Assembly: GCA_002104945.1 (NCBI GenBank)
Contig: MCFH01000001.1
Coordinates: 372,001 to 436,000, forward strand
Reading direction: 5' to 3'
From: Piromyces finnis finn
Taxonomy: Eukaryota; Fungi; Neocallimastigomycota
DNA length: 64,000 nucleotides
Position 1 is the stretch's first letter; each line of letters begins with the position of its first letter. A program made the position numbers and the translations under genes. Under the pieces are notes generated by a model. That model was given only the letters and a program-made list of their open reading frames with translations, did not search any database and had not been told where the DNA came from. Below are positions 47,563-60,476 of this stretch, one piece after another.

Positions 47563-48850
47563 AAATTTTACAAAATATTACTATTTATTTGGTCTGTAAT
47601 ATTTCAAGGATTTCCAAAAAATACAATTTATAATTATTCTATTGAGTTATCAAGCATTTCAGAGTTTTTAAATATAGGTAAAATTGATGGTAAATCAATT
47701 GAAAATTTAAAATCCGTCTTTCTCCTTCCTCAATTTACTAAAAGATTAGATAAAAATTCAATATTACGTTTTCAAGATTGCGTCTTTGATTTCAAGGTCA
47801 TGGCACCTCGTCCTGGAAAACCTAGTGATTTTTGCTTAAAAGGAACCGGTTATTCATTCCAAGAAGTGACCTGTTCCGACGGTCCAAAATTATCAAAAAT
47901 TTTACAATTTTTAAAGAATCTTTTTGTTGAAGAAGAGGTTATTGATTATGTTCTAAAATTATTGGCTTCTACCTTAACTCCTGTTAATAAATTACGTTCT
48001 CTTGTTTTCTTTATGGGAAATGGTCGTAATGGTAAAACTGCCCTTTCTAATATTTTTAAATATGATCTAGGAGAATACGCTGCAATTCCAAATGTTTCTT
48101 TATTCTTGGGTAAATTTGTAAGTTTAGAAAAACTAAATCCTCATATGGTTGAATTAAATAACGTTCATGTCATTATTGTGAAGAATCAGATATTAAAAAT
48201 GTAAAATGTTACGATTACTGGAGATGCAAAAGTAATTACTGGAAATGTTGGTTATATAAGGGCTAGAGGCCTTTATAAAGATTTAGAAAATGTATTTATC
48301 GATTTACTTCCAATTATTAATACTAATGATAAATTAACCATCAGTAATGTTGATACTGCCACCATGGATAGAATTTTAGTTATTCCATTTAACCAACGTT
48401 TCATTCCTAAACCTATAGCTGAATTGCATAAAGATAAAAATGAAAAATATGCTGATACCCTTTGGTAAGGAAGTTATTCTAAAAAGTTTGCACCTGCATT
48501 TATGAAACTATTACTCCAAAATTATCTCAATGATTATACCAAATTATCACCACCAAAAAAAAATTTATGATGCTACCCATGAATTTATTTTACGTGGTGA
48601 TCATCCAGGACGTTTTATAAAACAAAAGCTCTGTGAAACAGGGGATAAAAAAGACATGATAAAACTGGATACTATATATACTATCTATAAAAAATGGTAT
48701 AAGAATTATGTTAATGCTGGTATTCTTCATTATACTACTGAAGATCTACGATTAGGTTTTGCAAAATATAATCTCTATTTTGAGAAAGCAAACAATGAAA
48801 TAAATATTGATCAAGACACCGATGTCTTGATCGGGTATAAATTATATTAA
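47563..48850 (+). pseudogene. Decayed D5-like primase-helicase (SF3 helicase), probable endogenous large-DNA-virus or related mobile-element relic
   Basis: D5_N-like FTKRLDKNSILRFQDCVFDFK..RPGKPSD..KGTGY; Walker A GNGRNGKT; Walker B VII/CEE split by a frameshift; ARGLYKD; sensor region NTN..DTATMDRILVIPFNQRF; at least three frameshifts and one in-frame TAA. Confidence 0.82.
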
Positions 48851-50208
48851 TTTATTTTTTAGTTTTGATATATATATATAATAGGGTTATAATAAATTTT
48901 TGTATATGATTATGAATAAAAAAAAAAAAATATTGGTGGTGGTGGTGGTGGTGGTAAATACTTTTATACCAAATAAAAATAGTAATAAAAAATATTTAAA
49001 ACTATAAATGTTTTTTAATATTTGATTAATCCACTTTTAATAAATTTTAAAGTACCTAACTAAATTTTATAATTCTTTAATACTAAAAAATGTTTAAAAA
49101 TCTTAAAATTTGAATTGATAAATAATATATTTTTAAATATTAATGTATATATGAAATTGAGGCTACAAATTATTATTCTTATTCTTATTATAATTATTAT
49201 TATTAATAAATAATAATAATAACAAAGATGTGTTATTTTTAAAGTTGCAACTTAACAATAAATTAAAAGTTATATTAAAATGTGAAAATTATATTAATTA
49301 AAAGAATATAGTTTATTTATAATAAATCAAATCATCTTCATATACATTTTACATTCTCATATTTATTATTTAGAGAAGAAAGAAATAATAAATACATATA
49401 TATTTATTTTATTTTTACTTATAAAAAACTCTTTTATGTTTCCTTTAATTTTTATCTTCCATTTAATACAAACATTTTCTTTTTTATTAAGATTTTACAG
49501 ATAATAAATCTTTTTTAAAAACTGTTATTTTTTCCTTTTTTTTTTTTTTTAAAAAAAAAAAAGGAAAAAAGTATTTAAATTAAAATAATAATAATTAACA
49601 TATAATAATAAAGTACTAATAATAAATAATTCATAATTAACTTTAGACTGTTATAAAAAAAAATAAAAAAAAAAGAATTTTTTATTTAACACTTTATTTA
49701 AGTCATTTATCAAATTCATATATGCAAACAATTAATAATAAAATTTAAAATTTTTTAAAACTTTCAAATATAAACTAAAATTTATAATAAAAAAAAATAA
49801 TAAATAAAATAAAAAAAAGGAATAATAATAATAATAATAATAGAGAATAATAATAATTATTCATTCAAAACTTTAAAACTATTTTTATTCTTTTTAATTT
49901 TAAAAAATTTATTATAGTAGCATATCTTTTTTTTTTAGAAAAAAAATAAAGTAGTAAAGTAAAAAGAATTAGAATAATTTATTATACTTTATACTAAGCA
50001 ATCAAAAAATTTTATTAAATATTTTTTTTAATATTTTACTCTCTTTTTAAAAAAAAAAAAAAAATAATTACTTACTCTTTAAAAAACTAACAACTATTTT
50101 CTTAAGCAATTTTTTTTCTTTTATTTTATTTAACTCTTTATCGAAATTGGAAGAATACATTTAATTAAAAACCCCATTTTAAATAAGAATCAAAAATATA
50201 ATAAATTA

Positions 50209-52946
50209 ATGCGATTTATAAACCTATATTTTTTAATTTTATATAGTCTTTTGATATGTAACTATTATTTCTTCACTACTATTATTTTTTATTATATACA
50301 CATAATGAAATATTAAATAAATGAATAAAAATTAATTTATTTTAATTTTTTTTATGATTCTTAAACTTTGGATTAAAATCCTTTTAAAATAAAATATTAA
50401 AAAAATAATAATAATAATAATTTAGATGAAAAATGTAAAGCAACTGTTGAATTAAGAGCAATTGCATTAACCTATAGTGAAAAGGAAAAAAACTTTTTAC
50501 CAATAACAAACCAATTTAATGAATATGCAAAAGAAAATAATATTGATATTAGAATTGATGTACAACTTTATTCCCCAACAAATTCTTCATTAAATGTAAA
50601 TGATTATGGAACAGAAATTGAAGTTCTTATGAAAAAAAAATCCGAAAAATATGATCTTATTTTTTATGATACTATGTATTCTCCTAGATATGCACCATAT
50701 TTTCTTGATTTAAGTAAACATATGCCAAAAGAACACATAGATATGTATAAAAACACTATTGCTAACAAAACCTGTACCTATCAAGGTAAATGGGTTGGAT
50801 TAGTAAGTCTTCAATATTAATCTTGTAATTTTCCCTAAAATGTAATACTATATAAATTTATTAATTTTTATTACAAATTATTAAATAATTTACAGCCATT
50901 ATCAGTTGGTTACGAAATTTTATATTCAAATTTCTCTCTTTTAGAAAAATACGGAAAAAAAATTCCAGAAACATGGGATGAATTACTTGAAACTGCAAAG
51001 TATATCAAGGAAATGGAAGAAAAAGAAGGAAATAATAATGTGTTATATTACAATGGACTTTTCCCATGTATGAAAAAAATACAATTATTAATAATAAAAT
51101 TAAAATTTTGAAATTCTAATTAGGCATAAATTAATTAATAGTATAATTATAAATATTTTATAAATATTTTTTACTTGGCATAAATATAAAAAGTATATGA
51201 AACAGCTATATGTTCTTTTCAAGAATTCATTCATTCTTACAGAGAAACTATAGAATCGCCTTATCCGGATTATTCAAGCCCTGAAGCACTAAATGCTTTA
51301 AATAAATTGAAGGAAATTATGAATGAAATTTCAAGTGGTAATAAATAGTTAAAAAAAATAAATATCAAAAAAACTATAAATAATATAAATCTTTTACTAA
51401 TTAATAATTAATTATTAAAAAAAATACAATTTACAACTATAATATAAAAGGTGAAACATTTAAATCAAACGATCCAATAACTTTGGGTGCTATATATTCA
51501 GGTAATGCCTTGTTTCTTAAATATTGGTATATTGGTACTGTACATTCAAGTTTCAAAAGATCCATTATTCCAGGAAGAAATAAAGGTGTTTCAGCAAGTA
51601 CTGTTGGTGGAACAAATATTGGAATTAATGGTTATATTAGTGAAGAGAAAAAAAAAGCTGCATTAGAAGCTTTAGAGTATATGACATCATTAGAAGGTCA
51701 AAGAAAATATATGCATGAATCAACAGAGTTTTCAGCTCTTACTGAATTATATGACGATGAAATAGTATGTAAGAAATATGATTGTAATATATTAAAAAAA
51801 ATACAATTAATACCTAGACCTAGTTCAGTAGCTAAAAATTATGATGAATACTCCACACAAATAAGAAATTATTTGTATGACTTTTTATACAACGGAGCAG
51901 ATGCCTCTAAAACCTTGGAAGCAATGAATGATATTGTTAAAATATATAATATTTCAATATATCCATCAGAAAGTAAGGAAGGATTTACCATATTATTGGT
52001 TACTATAGGAGCAATAGTTCTTATATTATTATCATCGGTATTTTTCTTTATAAAAAAATTTAAAAGCCATTTTAGCTTCTTTAGTATCGATAGTTGGGTT
52101 ATATTTTTCTTAAGTTTTATTGTAATTATATCAAGTATATTTACGGAATATGGAGAAGTTACCGAAAATAAATGTCAAATAAGAATGATTTTAAACACTT
52201 TTGGATGCTCTTTTCTATACATTCCAATTTTATATAAATTAATTACCACTTTTCCTGAAAAAAATAGATTTTTTAATTGGATAGAAAATAGCAAGTTTAG
52301 CTTCTATTTAATATTTACTTTAATAGATATTTTCCTTTGTGGATTGACATTTATATCCACACATAATATAATAGATATTAATGTTAAAGAAGGGAAAAAA
52401 TATAGATTATGTGAAGCCAATAGTTTCGGTACAGTCCTTTTATCATTAATATTTGCTGAAAAAATAATTATCGGTATATTGATAGCATTTATGTTGTTTT
52501 TAGAATGGAATATAATTAAAATAAATAGAGAAATTAAATTAATAACTTGTACATTCTATGTAAATATTCTATCTGGCATAGTATTAATAATTATGAAATA
52601 TATGGACCTAAACAATTATAAAGCTCACTTTTTAATCTACACAATTATTAATTTAGTATACGTTCTTTCATGTTATTTCTTCATGTATGGAGTAAGAATA
52701 TTTGATGTTATAATTAAAAAAAAGGAACCTAAATTGAAATTTATTAAGCAAGCTGGCACTGTTAATTCTACATTAACTGAAAGAAGTAAAAATAGTTCAA
52801 CAATAAATTATGATACAAACAGTAAATTTGGTTCCATGACACTTAAAGTATTGCAATATCACTATTTTACCGGTGAAGAAACAAAAACAACTGATGATTT
52901 TTCTGTGCCATCAATGTCATTTACAAATGGCGAGTCATTAAAATAA
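50209..52946 (+). CDS. Receptor with extracellular sugar-type solute-binding domain fused to a class C GPCR-like 7TM domain; 5 exons (50209-50257, 50426-50802, 50896-51067, 51194-51337, 51451-52946)
   Basis: Signal-like N-terminus; KYDLIFYD and IPETWDELLETAK (SBP family 1-like); seven hydrophobic segments in the last exon with CQIR and EWN motifs; all introns GT-AG and in phase. Confidence 0.85.
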
Positions 52947-53803
52947 AAAATATATTTGTTAATTATTATCATTTTATGTTGACAATAACATTTGTATATA
53001 AAATATACAAATTTTTTATCATATTACGAATGCTTATTTGTATTCAATTAAATGATATTAATAAATTATTATTTTAATTCTTTATATTTTTTTTTATTTT
53101 TTTTTTTCATTTTTATAAAAAAAAAAATAAAACATAATATTTTCTTATCAATTTATGTAAATAATTAATAACTGTAATAAAATTCATATTATTACTTATA
53201 TTCCTAAAATAAAGTTTATAAATGATAGTTTTGAAATAGTAAAACTATTGAATTTATTCACATTTATATTAGATATATATATATATATATAATGAAGGTA
53301 GGAATTATTCATAATAATATTTATAACTATATTGGAAAATAATAATATATATTGGTGTCCCAGTGTATTAAGGCATATATATTATGCAAATTTAGATTTT
53401 TAAAAAAAATTAAATATAATAAAATAAAAATGAATAATAAATTTTAGTAATTATGTATAAAAGAAAGTACTATTATTACATATGAATGAGAATAATAAAT
53501 ATATCTGACTTCTGATCTTCCAATATAACGAAAAGTCAAAGATAATAAGATTATATTTATATTTTTTTATAGGAGTATAATTAAAAATCAATCAAATCAG
53601 GTTTATTCATTGATATCATCATGGTCATCAAAAAGAAAAAATAATAATTAATTATTAAAAAAAAAAAAAAAAAAAACATATAAACAAATAAAAAAACACA
53701 ATAAATGAAAATATATAGAGATATAGAGTATTATGATATTATAAAGAAAAAAAAAACATCATTATTATCATTATAACAACCTTTTTTGTTCTTTTTTATT
53801 TTT

Positions 53804-53805
<2 letters not shown>

Positions 53806-53879
<74 letters not shown>
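53806..53879 (+). repeat. (TTA)n microsatellite
   Basis: Read directly. Confidence 0.9.
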
Positions 53880-53880
<1 letters not shown>

Positions 53881-53963
53881 AATATTGTTTAAGATTTTTT
53901 TTTTTTTCTTCGATTTTTAATACTTTAATTTAATTATATATATCACTCACTCAAAACTAAATC

Positions 53964-55679
53964 TTAATGGTATCCATAAAATCGATAATATCCTTTTTTA
54001 AATTTATTATCATAAGTATTTTCAATATTGGCTTTGATTTTAAAAAAATAAGATTTTTCTATAGATAAGATTGATTTAGTCATTGTAAATTCAGAAAAAT
54101 GGTTTTTAATCCATGGATATAGGTATTCATAAGTTTCTTGATATTTATTAGATAGAGTTTGTTTTGATTTTAAAGGGTTCTCTTTTTCTATATGAGAGTA
54201 AGACTCAGGATGTAATAAGACATTTAATAATTCCTTGTCACCAATTTCATTAGCTAAATCTAATGGTGACTTTCCTATTTTATTTTTAATATTCATATCG
54301 GCATTACCGCGGATCATACTCTTAATTATTTCAAAATTTCTTAAATCTACAGCATAGTATAAAGCAGTATTACCTAAATAATCTTGTTGATTTATATTAA
54401 TAATTTCATATTTTAGCAATTTTTTAACAGAATCTTCATTTTCTAGTTTTGTAGCAACAATTAAAGCACTTTCATCTTTGCTATTTACACTATTAAGACT
54501 GTTAACATCATCTTCAATAAATTGATTAATGAACATCGACTTGTTCATTACACTAAGCATAAGCATAGTATTTTTGTTGTGTGGATCAATATAATTGATA
54601 TCAAATGTTGAATGGTTAACAATTTTTTTAATTATTGCTAAATTGTCATTTAACTTCATTGCTAAAGAACTAGCATTTTCTCCAAATTTATTTTTAATAG
54701 ACAAATCATAATTATTACTATAGTTTAAGACATATGAAAGAGTTGTCATATCATTAACTATCATAAATACCATAATAGCAGTATTTTCGTCATCATCTAC
54801 TGGTAAATTAAAACTGCAATTGAAGTGAATTAACATAGTAAGTATATGGAGGTATTGTACGAATTCACCACATACTTTTTCTTCATTAGAAGAATACATT
54901 TTTTGGATAATTATTGACAAAACTGATTCATTTCTTTTATTTACAAAATCATAATTGCAATTCCTTTTATTTAAACTTCGTAATTCTTTAAATTTTGCTT
55001 TCTCAGCTAAATACATTGCTGCTGTTTTATTTTCACTATCGGTAATATTAACATCAATTTCATTATTAAGTGTTAATAGTTCAATAGGTTCATAAATTTC
55101 ATTCTTACAACAATGTAATAAAACAGTATCATTATTATTATTTTTTTGATTTATATTAATGGATGTTCCTATTAATTCATAAAGAGCATCTTTATTACAT
55201 AAAGCATGGAATAAAGAATTTTCACCATTCTTATCTAATAGATTCAAACAATTAGAATCAAGAACAAGCTTTTTAATAATAGAGGTAAGCAAAGGATTTT
55301 CACATACATACATTAAAGCTGTCATTCCATTATCATCCTGTACACAAACATTAACATTCATATTTAAAAGCCATTTTATCATATTTTTATTTCCAAGTTT
55401 ACAAGCTTCAACTAAAATTTCACTATTTTTGAAAACTTCATTAACGTTAGATAAAGTTTCATGATTTAAAATCTTTTCAAATAAATTAAATTTATTTTCA
55501 TTTTTAAGGATAATATTATTTATTTCCTTTACAAATTTATTAATTATTTTAGGATTTTCGTTTTGACCTAAATTAATTTCAATTAATTGTTTATTGGCAT
55601 TAATTAATTTTATACAATTATTTTTATTGTTCCTTGATAATTCATTTAAAAATTCTCTTTCAAATTCTTTAAAATTCAT
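53964..55679 (-). CDS. Ankyrin-repeat protein
   Basis: 571-aa intronless ORF with repeated ankyrin motifs (GMTALMYVC, GENSLFHA, GNTALYYAV, GKSPLDLA). Confidence 0.9.
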   Translation of the reverse strand: MNFKEFEREFLNELSRNNKNNCIKLINANKQLIEINLGQNENPKIINKFVKEINNIILKNENKFNLFEKILNHETLSNVNEVFKNSEILVEACKLGNKNMIKWLLNMNVNVCVQDDNGMTALMYVCENPLLTSIIKKLVLDSNCLNLLDKNGENSLFHALCNKDALYELIGTSININQKNNNNDTVLLHCCKNEIYEPIELLTLNNEIDVNITDSENKTAAMYLAEKAKFKELRSLNKRNCNYDFVNKRNESVLSIIIQKMYSSNEEKVCGEFVQYLHILTMLIHFNCSFNLPVDDDENTAIMVFMIVNDMTTLSYVLNYSNNYDLSIKNKFGENASSLAMKLNDNLAIIKKIVNHSTFDINYIDPHNKNTMLMLSVMNKSMFINQFIEDDVNSLNSVNSKDESALIVATKLENEDSVKKLLKYEIININQQDYLGNTALYYAVDLRNFEIIKSMIRGNADMNIKNKIGKSPLDLANEIGDKELLNVLLHPESYSHIEKENPLKSKQTLSNKYQETYEYLYPWIKNHFSEFTMTKSILSIEKSYFFKIKANIENTYDNKFKKGYYRFYGYH

Positions 55680-56431
55680 TTTTATTATTTATAAAATTAT
55701 TTATTTAAAAAATAAAAAAAGGTTTGTTCGTTTTTGTTACTGTTGTTATTATTATTAATACTTTTAAAATTAATGTATTTTTATTTTAATTTATATTTGA
55801 TTTCACTTTAGTAAAAGTTTTTTTTTTTTTCAAAAATTTTAAAATAGAAATTTTGAAATTTTCTTTATTAATGATTCTAAAAAATAAAAACTTGATTTCA
55901 TTGGTTTTTAATAAATTAAAAAAATGGCCTATCATTATCATAAACTTTAAACTAAAATGTGCATTTTACATTTTACAATTTATCTATTAATTATTCTATT
56001 AATTATTCTATTACTAATCCTTTTATTATAATTTTTTCTATATAATAAAAGGATTAGTAATTATTATTCTATTAGTAAACGTGGTAAATGTGTAATTGAA
56101 ATAAAAAAAAACATATAATGAAATTATAAAACAAATAAATTAATTGTTAATAAACAAAAATATAGCATTATAGGCCGTAACAACCAAAATGAAATTTCTT
56201 CTTAAATGTTATGCTTGAATGAAATAAATCAAAAATATAATAAGATTTGTCATATATAAAAGTTTCAGATGAAATCACGTTTTTAATAACAATATTACAT
56301 TTATTAAAACTATAGTAAGCAGTTATTTTTTACTAAAATATTCAAATGCTTATATCATTCATAAATGACTAGTTAAAAGGTCCGCAGTAGTATCAAAATG
56401 TAGCTTTTTATATAGATTTTCAAGAATAGCT

Positions 56432-56466
<35 letters not shown>

Positions 56467-56859
56467 GTGATATAAGTAATGTTTTATATTTTTTTATTTT
56501 TTGTTAAGAGCTATAATTTATTGAAATTAAATTTTTTGTAATTTTAACCCTTTCAAAGATTAAAGTTGGTTTTTAAAATAATATTCGAATTATCGCATCC
56601 AGTTAATATTTTCTCAAGAGTTCATACTAAAAGTATAACTCTTGAGAAAATATATCAGTCGTGTATCAAGCGTATTAAAATAATAAGTTGAATAATATAT
56701 TTTTGAATAACATGTTTCTAGAATGGATAATAGATTCTAAAAACTTAATGAAACAATAAATATAGTTTACAATATACAGTTCTCTATTTATGTTTTATTA
56801 CTGTCTATAATCTCTTATTATATTTTTATTATATTTTTTTTATTGTCTATTTATTGTCT

Positions 56860-59100
56860 ATTTATTGTATATTTTTATAAAGAAGAAGTTTTATCTTTCT
56901 TTTATTCATGTATTGTTATTTTTAATTATCAAATATTACTATTACTATTATTATTATTTATTAAAATTAAAATTATATTTTAGTATTATAAATATTATAT
57001 ATCTGATCTTCTTTTACTACAGAATGTTCAAATTTAAACAAAACCATCATTAACTATTATTAAATGTATTATACCTTAAATAAAATAATATTAAAAAATA
57101 AAATCATAATAAAATTATAATATTAAAATTAGCAATTATTTTAAACGCTCATTTTATACAAAAGAATAAAAAGGTTTTGCACTTTTTTTATTAATTTAAC
57201 AAATAGTTATTATTTTTTCCCGAGTTTTTTTAACTTTACTATTATTATTACTATATTATTTAATTCTATATTAGTTTGTAAATTTAAAAAGATTTTTAAA
57301 GAATACCATGGATAAGACATTAGAATTAATAATATAAGTATTTTATTTTGAGTTTATTTATTTTTATTTTTATGATTTCAATGCATGATGCTTACATAAG
57401 ACTTCTGGTTCGACCCCGCAGTGCCTGTGGATTTTCCCCAATAAATTTTGCCATGGGTTGGGTTATGATATTCAAGTAAATATTAATACACTTTCTAACT
57501 TACTACTATGATATTAACACTCGTCTAGTTGGCCTGAGAGGGTCCAGGTGTATATGGCACATTTCGAATTAGAACTTTATAAGTGGTGATTTACGTTATG
57601 TCAAATGCACAAGCAACATTTCTTAATTTAAGTGTAAACATTAGGGAACAGTTGGTACGTGATCAAACTATATGAGGCTTAGAATTATAGTTGGAAATAT
57701 CGTACGGCGACATGCATCTAATGTACATGGATTAAATGAGTGTCGAAGCTGAAGATTCAGTATGACAGACCAGGAGGGTCACAACCATCTAGCAATAGGA
57801 AGGAGCCAACGTTTCTCTAAAAACCACCATTGGGACTTACTCTGATTGATGGGAGAAATGCATTCAGAAGTTAAAAAAGAAAATCAATACATGATTAAAG
57901 TAGGTCGTTTTAATTTTTATTTTTATTAAGTTGTTTTTATTTGAGAATATTTTATTTAAAAGGGTTATTAATTTATAAACATATATGGGTTAAGTTATAA
58001 TATTATCAACCAGCTTAAATATATTTTTAAATGAATAGTAAAATTTTAATGATGCGTTGACCGATATATTTTTGAATAATATAATGTTTTTAATAAATAA
58101 TAAACTCTATATTATTATGATGAAACAATAAATTTAAAATAAAATAAAAATATGTTTTATAATTAACAAATAAATCACTCAAAACTCGAAAATAAACTCT
58201 TAAATCTTTATTATATTTTATAATTTATTTATTATCTATTTATTGTTTTTTTTTTATTCTCTTATTTATTGTCCGCCCTTTATAAAGAAGAATTTTATCT
58301 TCCTTTTATACATTTTCATTTATTACATGTATTATTATTTTTAACTATTAAATGTTATTATTACTATTGTTATTATTTATTAAAATTAAAAGAATAAATT
58401 AAAATTATGTCTTAGTATTATAAAATATTATAGAATATTACTTATTTGATTTTCTTATTACTTCAAAATGTTTAAATTTAGAAAAATTATTGTAAATTAT
58501 CATTGACTATCATTAAATGTATAATACCTTGAATAAAATAATTAAAATTTAAAATTAAAATAATATTAAAATAAAATTAAAATGAAATTAAAATATTAAA
58601 AGTATCAATTATTATAAACACTCATTTTATACAGAAACATAAAAGAGTTCTGTATTTTATCTTTGGAATTGTTATTATTGTTCTATTTCCAGGTTTTAAG
58701 TTTATCATTTTAATAATAATTACTCAATTAGTTATTTATTAATTTATAAGTTTAAAGGAATTTCTAAAGAACACTTGGATAAAACACTAGAATTAATAAT
58801 TTGATGTATATCATTTTATTTTTAGTTTATTTATTCATTTTTATTTATTTATTTATTATTATTTTATTATTTTAATACATTATTGGATTAAGTCATTTTA
58901 TTTTATTTAATAATTTATTTTATTATTATCACAATTAGGTCGTTTTTACTCAGAATTTATTATATAATAAAGAGAATATTATTTATTTAAAAAAAAAGAG
59001 TTATATTTTCATAAAATTATTATTCATTCATTTTTAAAGGTTATTTTCATTTATTTTTATTATAAGTTACTATGGGTTAAGTCGTGTTTATTCAGCTAGT
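56860..59100 (+). repeat. Diverged AT-rich tandem duplication (units ~56860-58015 and ~58265-59100)
   Basis: Collinear shared anchors in both units: tataaagaagaa, ctcattttataca, ggataa.aca.tagaattaataat, taggtcgtttt, tatgggttaagt. Confidence 0.7.
57390..57878 (+). mobile_element. Old, diverged, 5'-truncated SINE, copy 3
   Basis: Collinear with the SINE from tacataag through the B-box to gaagtt, with many substitutions and small indels; short A tail; no clear TSD. Confidence 0.88.
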
Positions 59101-59251
59101 TTTTATTATGTTTTTATGGGAGTAGCGTATCATTATGTAATAATTTTATTATATGCATTAGTATTTCACATAATAAAATTATTAGCTACATTTTAACACT
59201 AATTGTTAAAATGAGATAATGATAAGGAAACTATTTATTAAAATAAAGAAG

Positions 59252-60476
59252 ATGTAAAGATATCAAACGCCTCTGTTTGATATCTTTAATGTAACTTAAG
59301 CCACAAGTATTATTGTTTAAGTTACACAAATTATATTCAGAAAAAGAAAATGAGACATAATTTATTTATTAATAATTAAAGTTTAAAACAAAATAAATTA
59401 TTAGTTTATTTTTAATGTTTAACAAGTAAATTAATATTCTCAATTTAAATCCCTAGTTTTAGTATTGTTTTTTCATAGAAATAAATAAATAATAAATGAT
59501 TAATATATCAATAATACATGGGCACATATTCAAATTGAATAGTACTTAATTTGAATTGCCAATTGTATTTTACTAAAAATAGTTATAGTTTAAATATTTA
59601 TTAATAATTAAGATTTTAGTGTAGATTTTAAATAATAATATATAAGAAATAAATAGTTATAATATAATATAAATGTATTTAGGAAAAATATAAATAGAAG
59701 ATATTTTTTGTAATGTTGAACACTGAAAGAATAGATTAGGATATCTATTCTATTACAATAACACAAAAATTTGAAAAAATAAAATAAAAAATTGTTTTAT
59801 AAAATATCTTTTATTATAATAGAATTTTAATAATAACAATTACATCGATAAAATGATGAAAAATATCTTCTATTTATATTTTTCCTAAATACATTTATAT
59901 TATATTATAACTATTTATTTCTTATATATTATTATTTAAAATCTACACTAAAATCTTAATTATTAATAAATATTTAAACTATAACTATTTTTAGTAAAAT
60001 ACAATTGGCAATTCAAATTAAGTACCATTTAATTTGAATATGTGCCCATGTATTATTGATATATTAATCATTTATTATTGATCTATTTCTAAAAAAAAAC
60101 AATACTAAAACTAGGTATTTAAATTGAGAATATTAATTTACTTGTTAAACATTAAAAATAAATTAATAATTTATTTTGTTTTAAACTTTAATTATTAATA
60201 AATAAATTATGTCTCATTTTCTTTTTCTGAATATAATTTGTGTAACTTAAACAATAATACTTGTGGCTTAAGTTACATTAAAGATATCAAACAGAGGCGT
60301 TTGATATCTTTACATTTTTCATCATTTTATCGATGTAATTGTTGTTATTAAAATTCTATTATAATAAAAGATATTTTTAATAAAACAATTTTTTATTTTT
60401 ATTTTAAATTTAGTGTTATTGTAATAGAATAGATATCCTAATCTATTCTTTCTGTGTCGCCATTACAGAAGAATAT
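59252..60476. repeat. Interlocked double inverted repeat A-B-A'-B' (A ~457 bp, B ~150-160 bp)
   Basis: 59859-60315 is the reverse complement of 59252-59708 with few mismatches; ~60316-60476 is the reverse complement of the spacer ~59701-59863. Confidence 0.88.
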
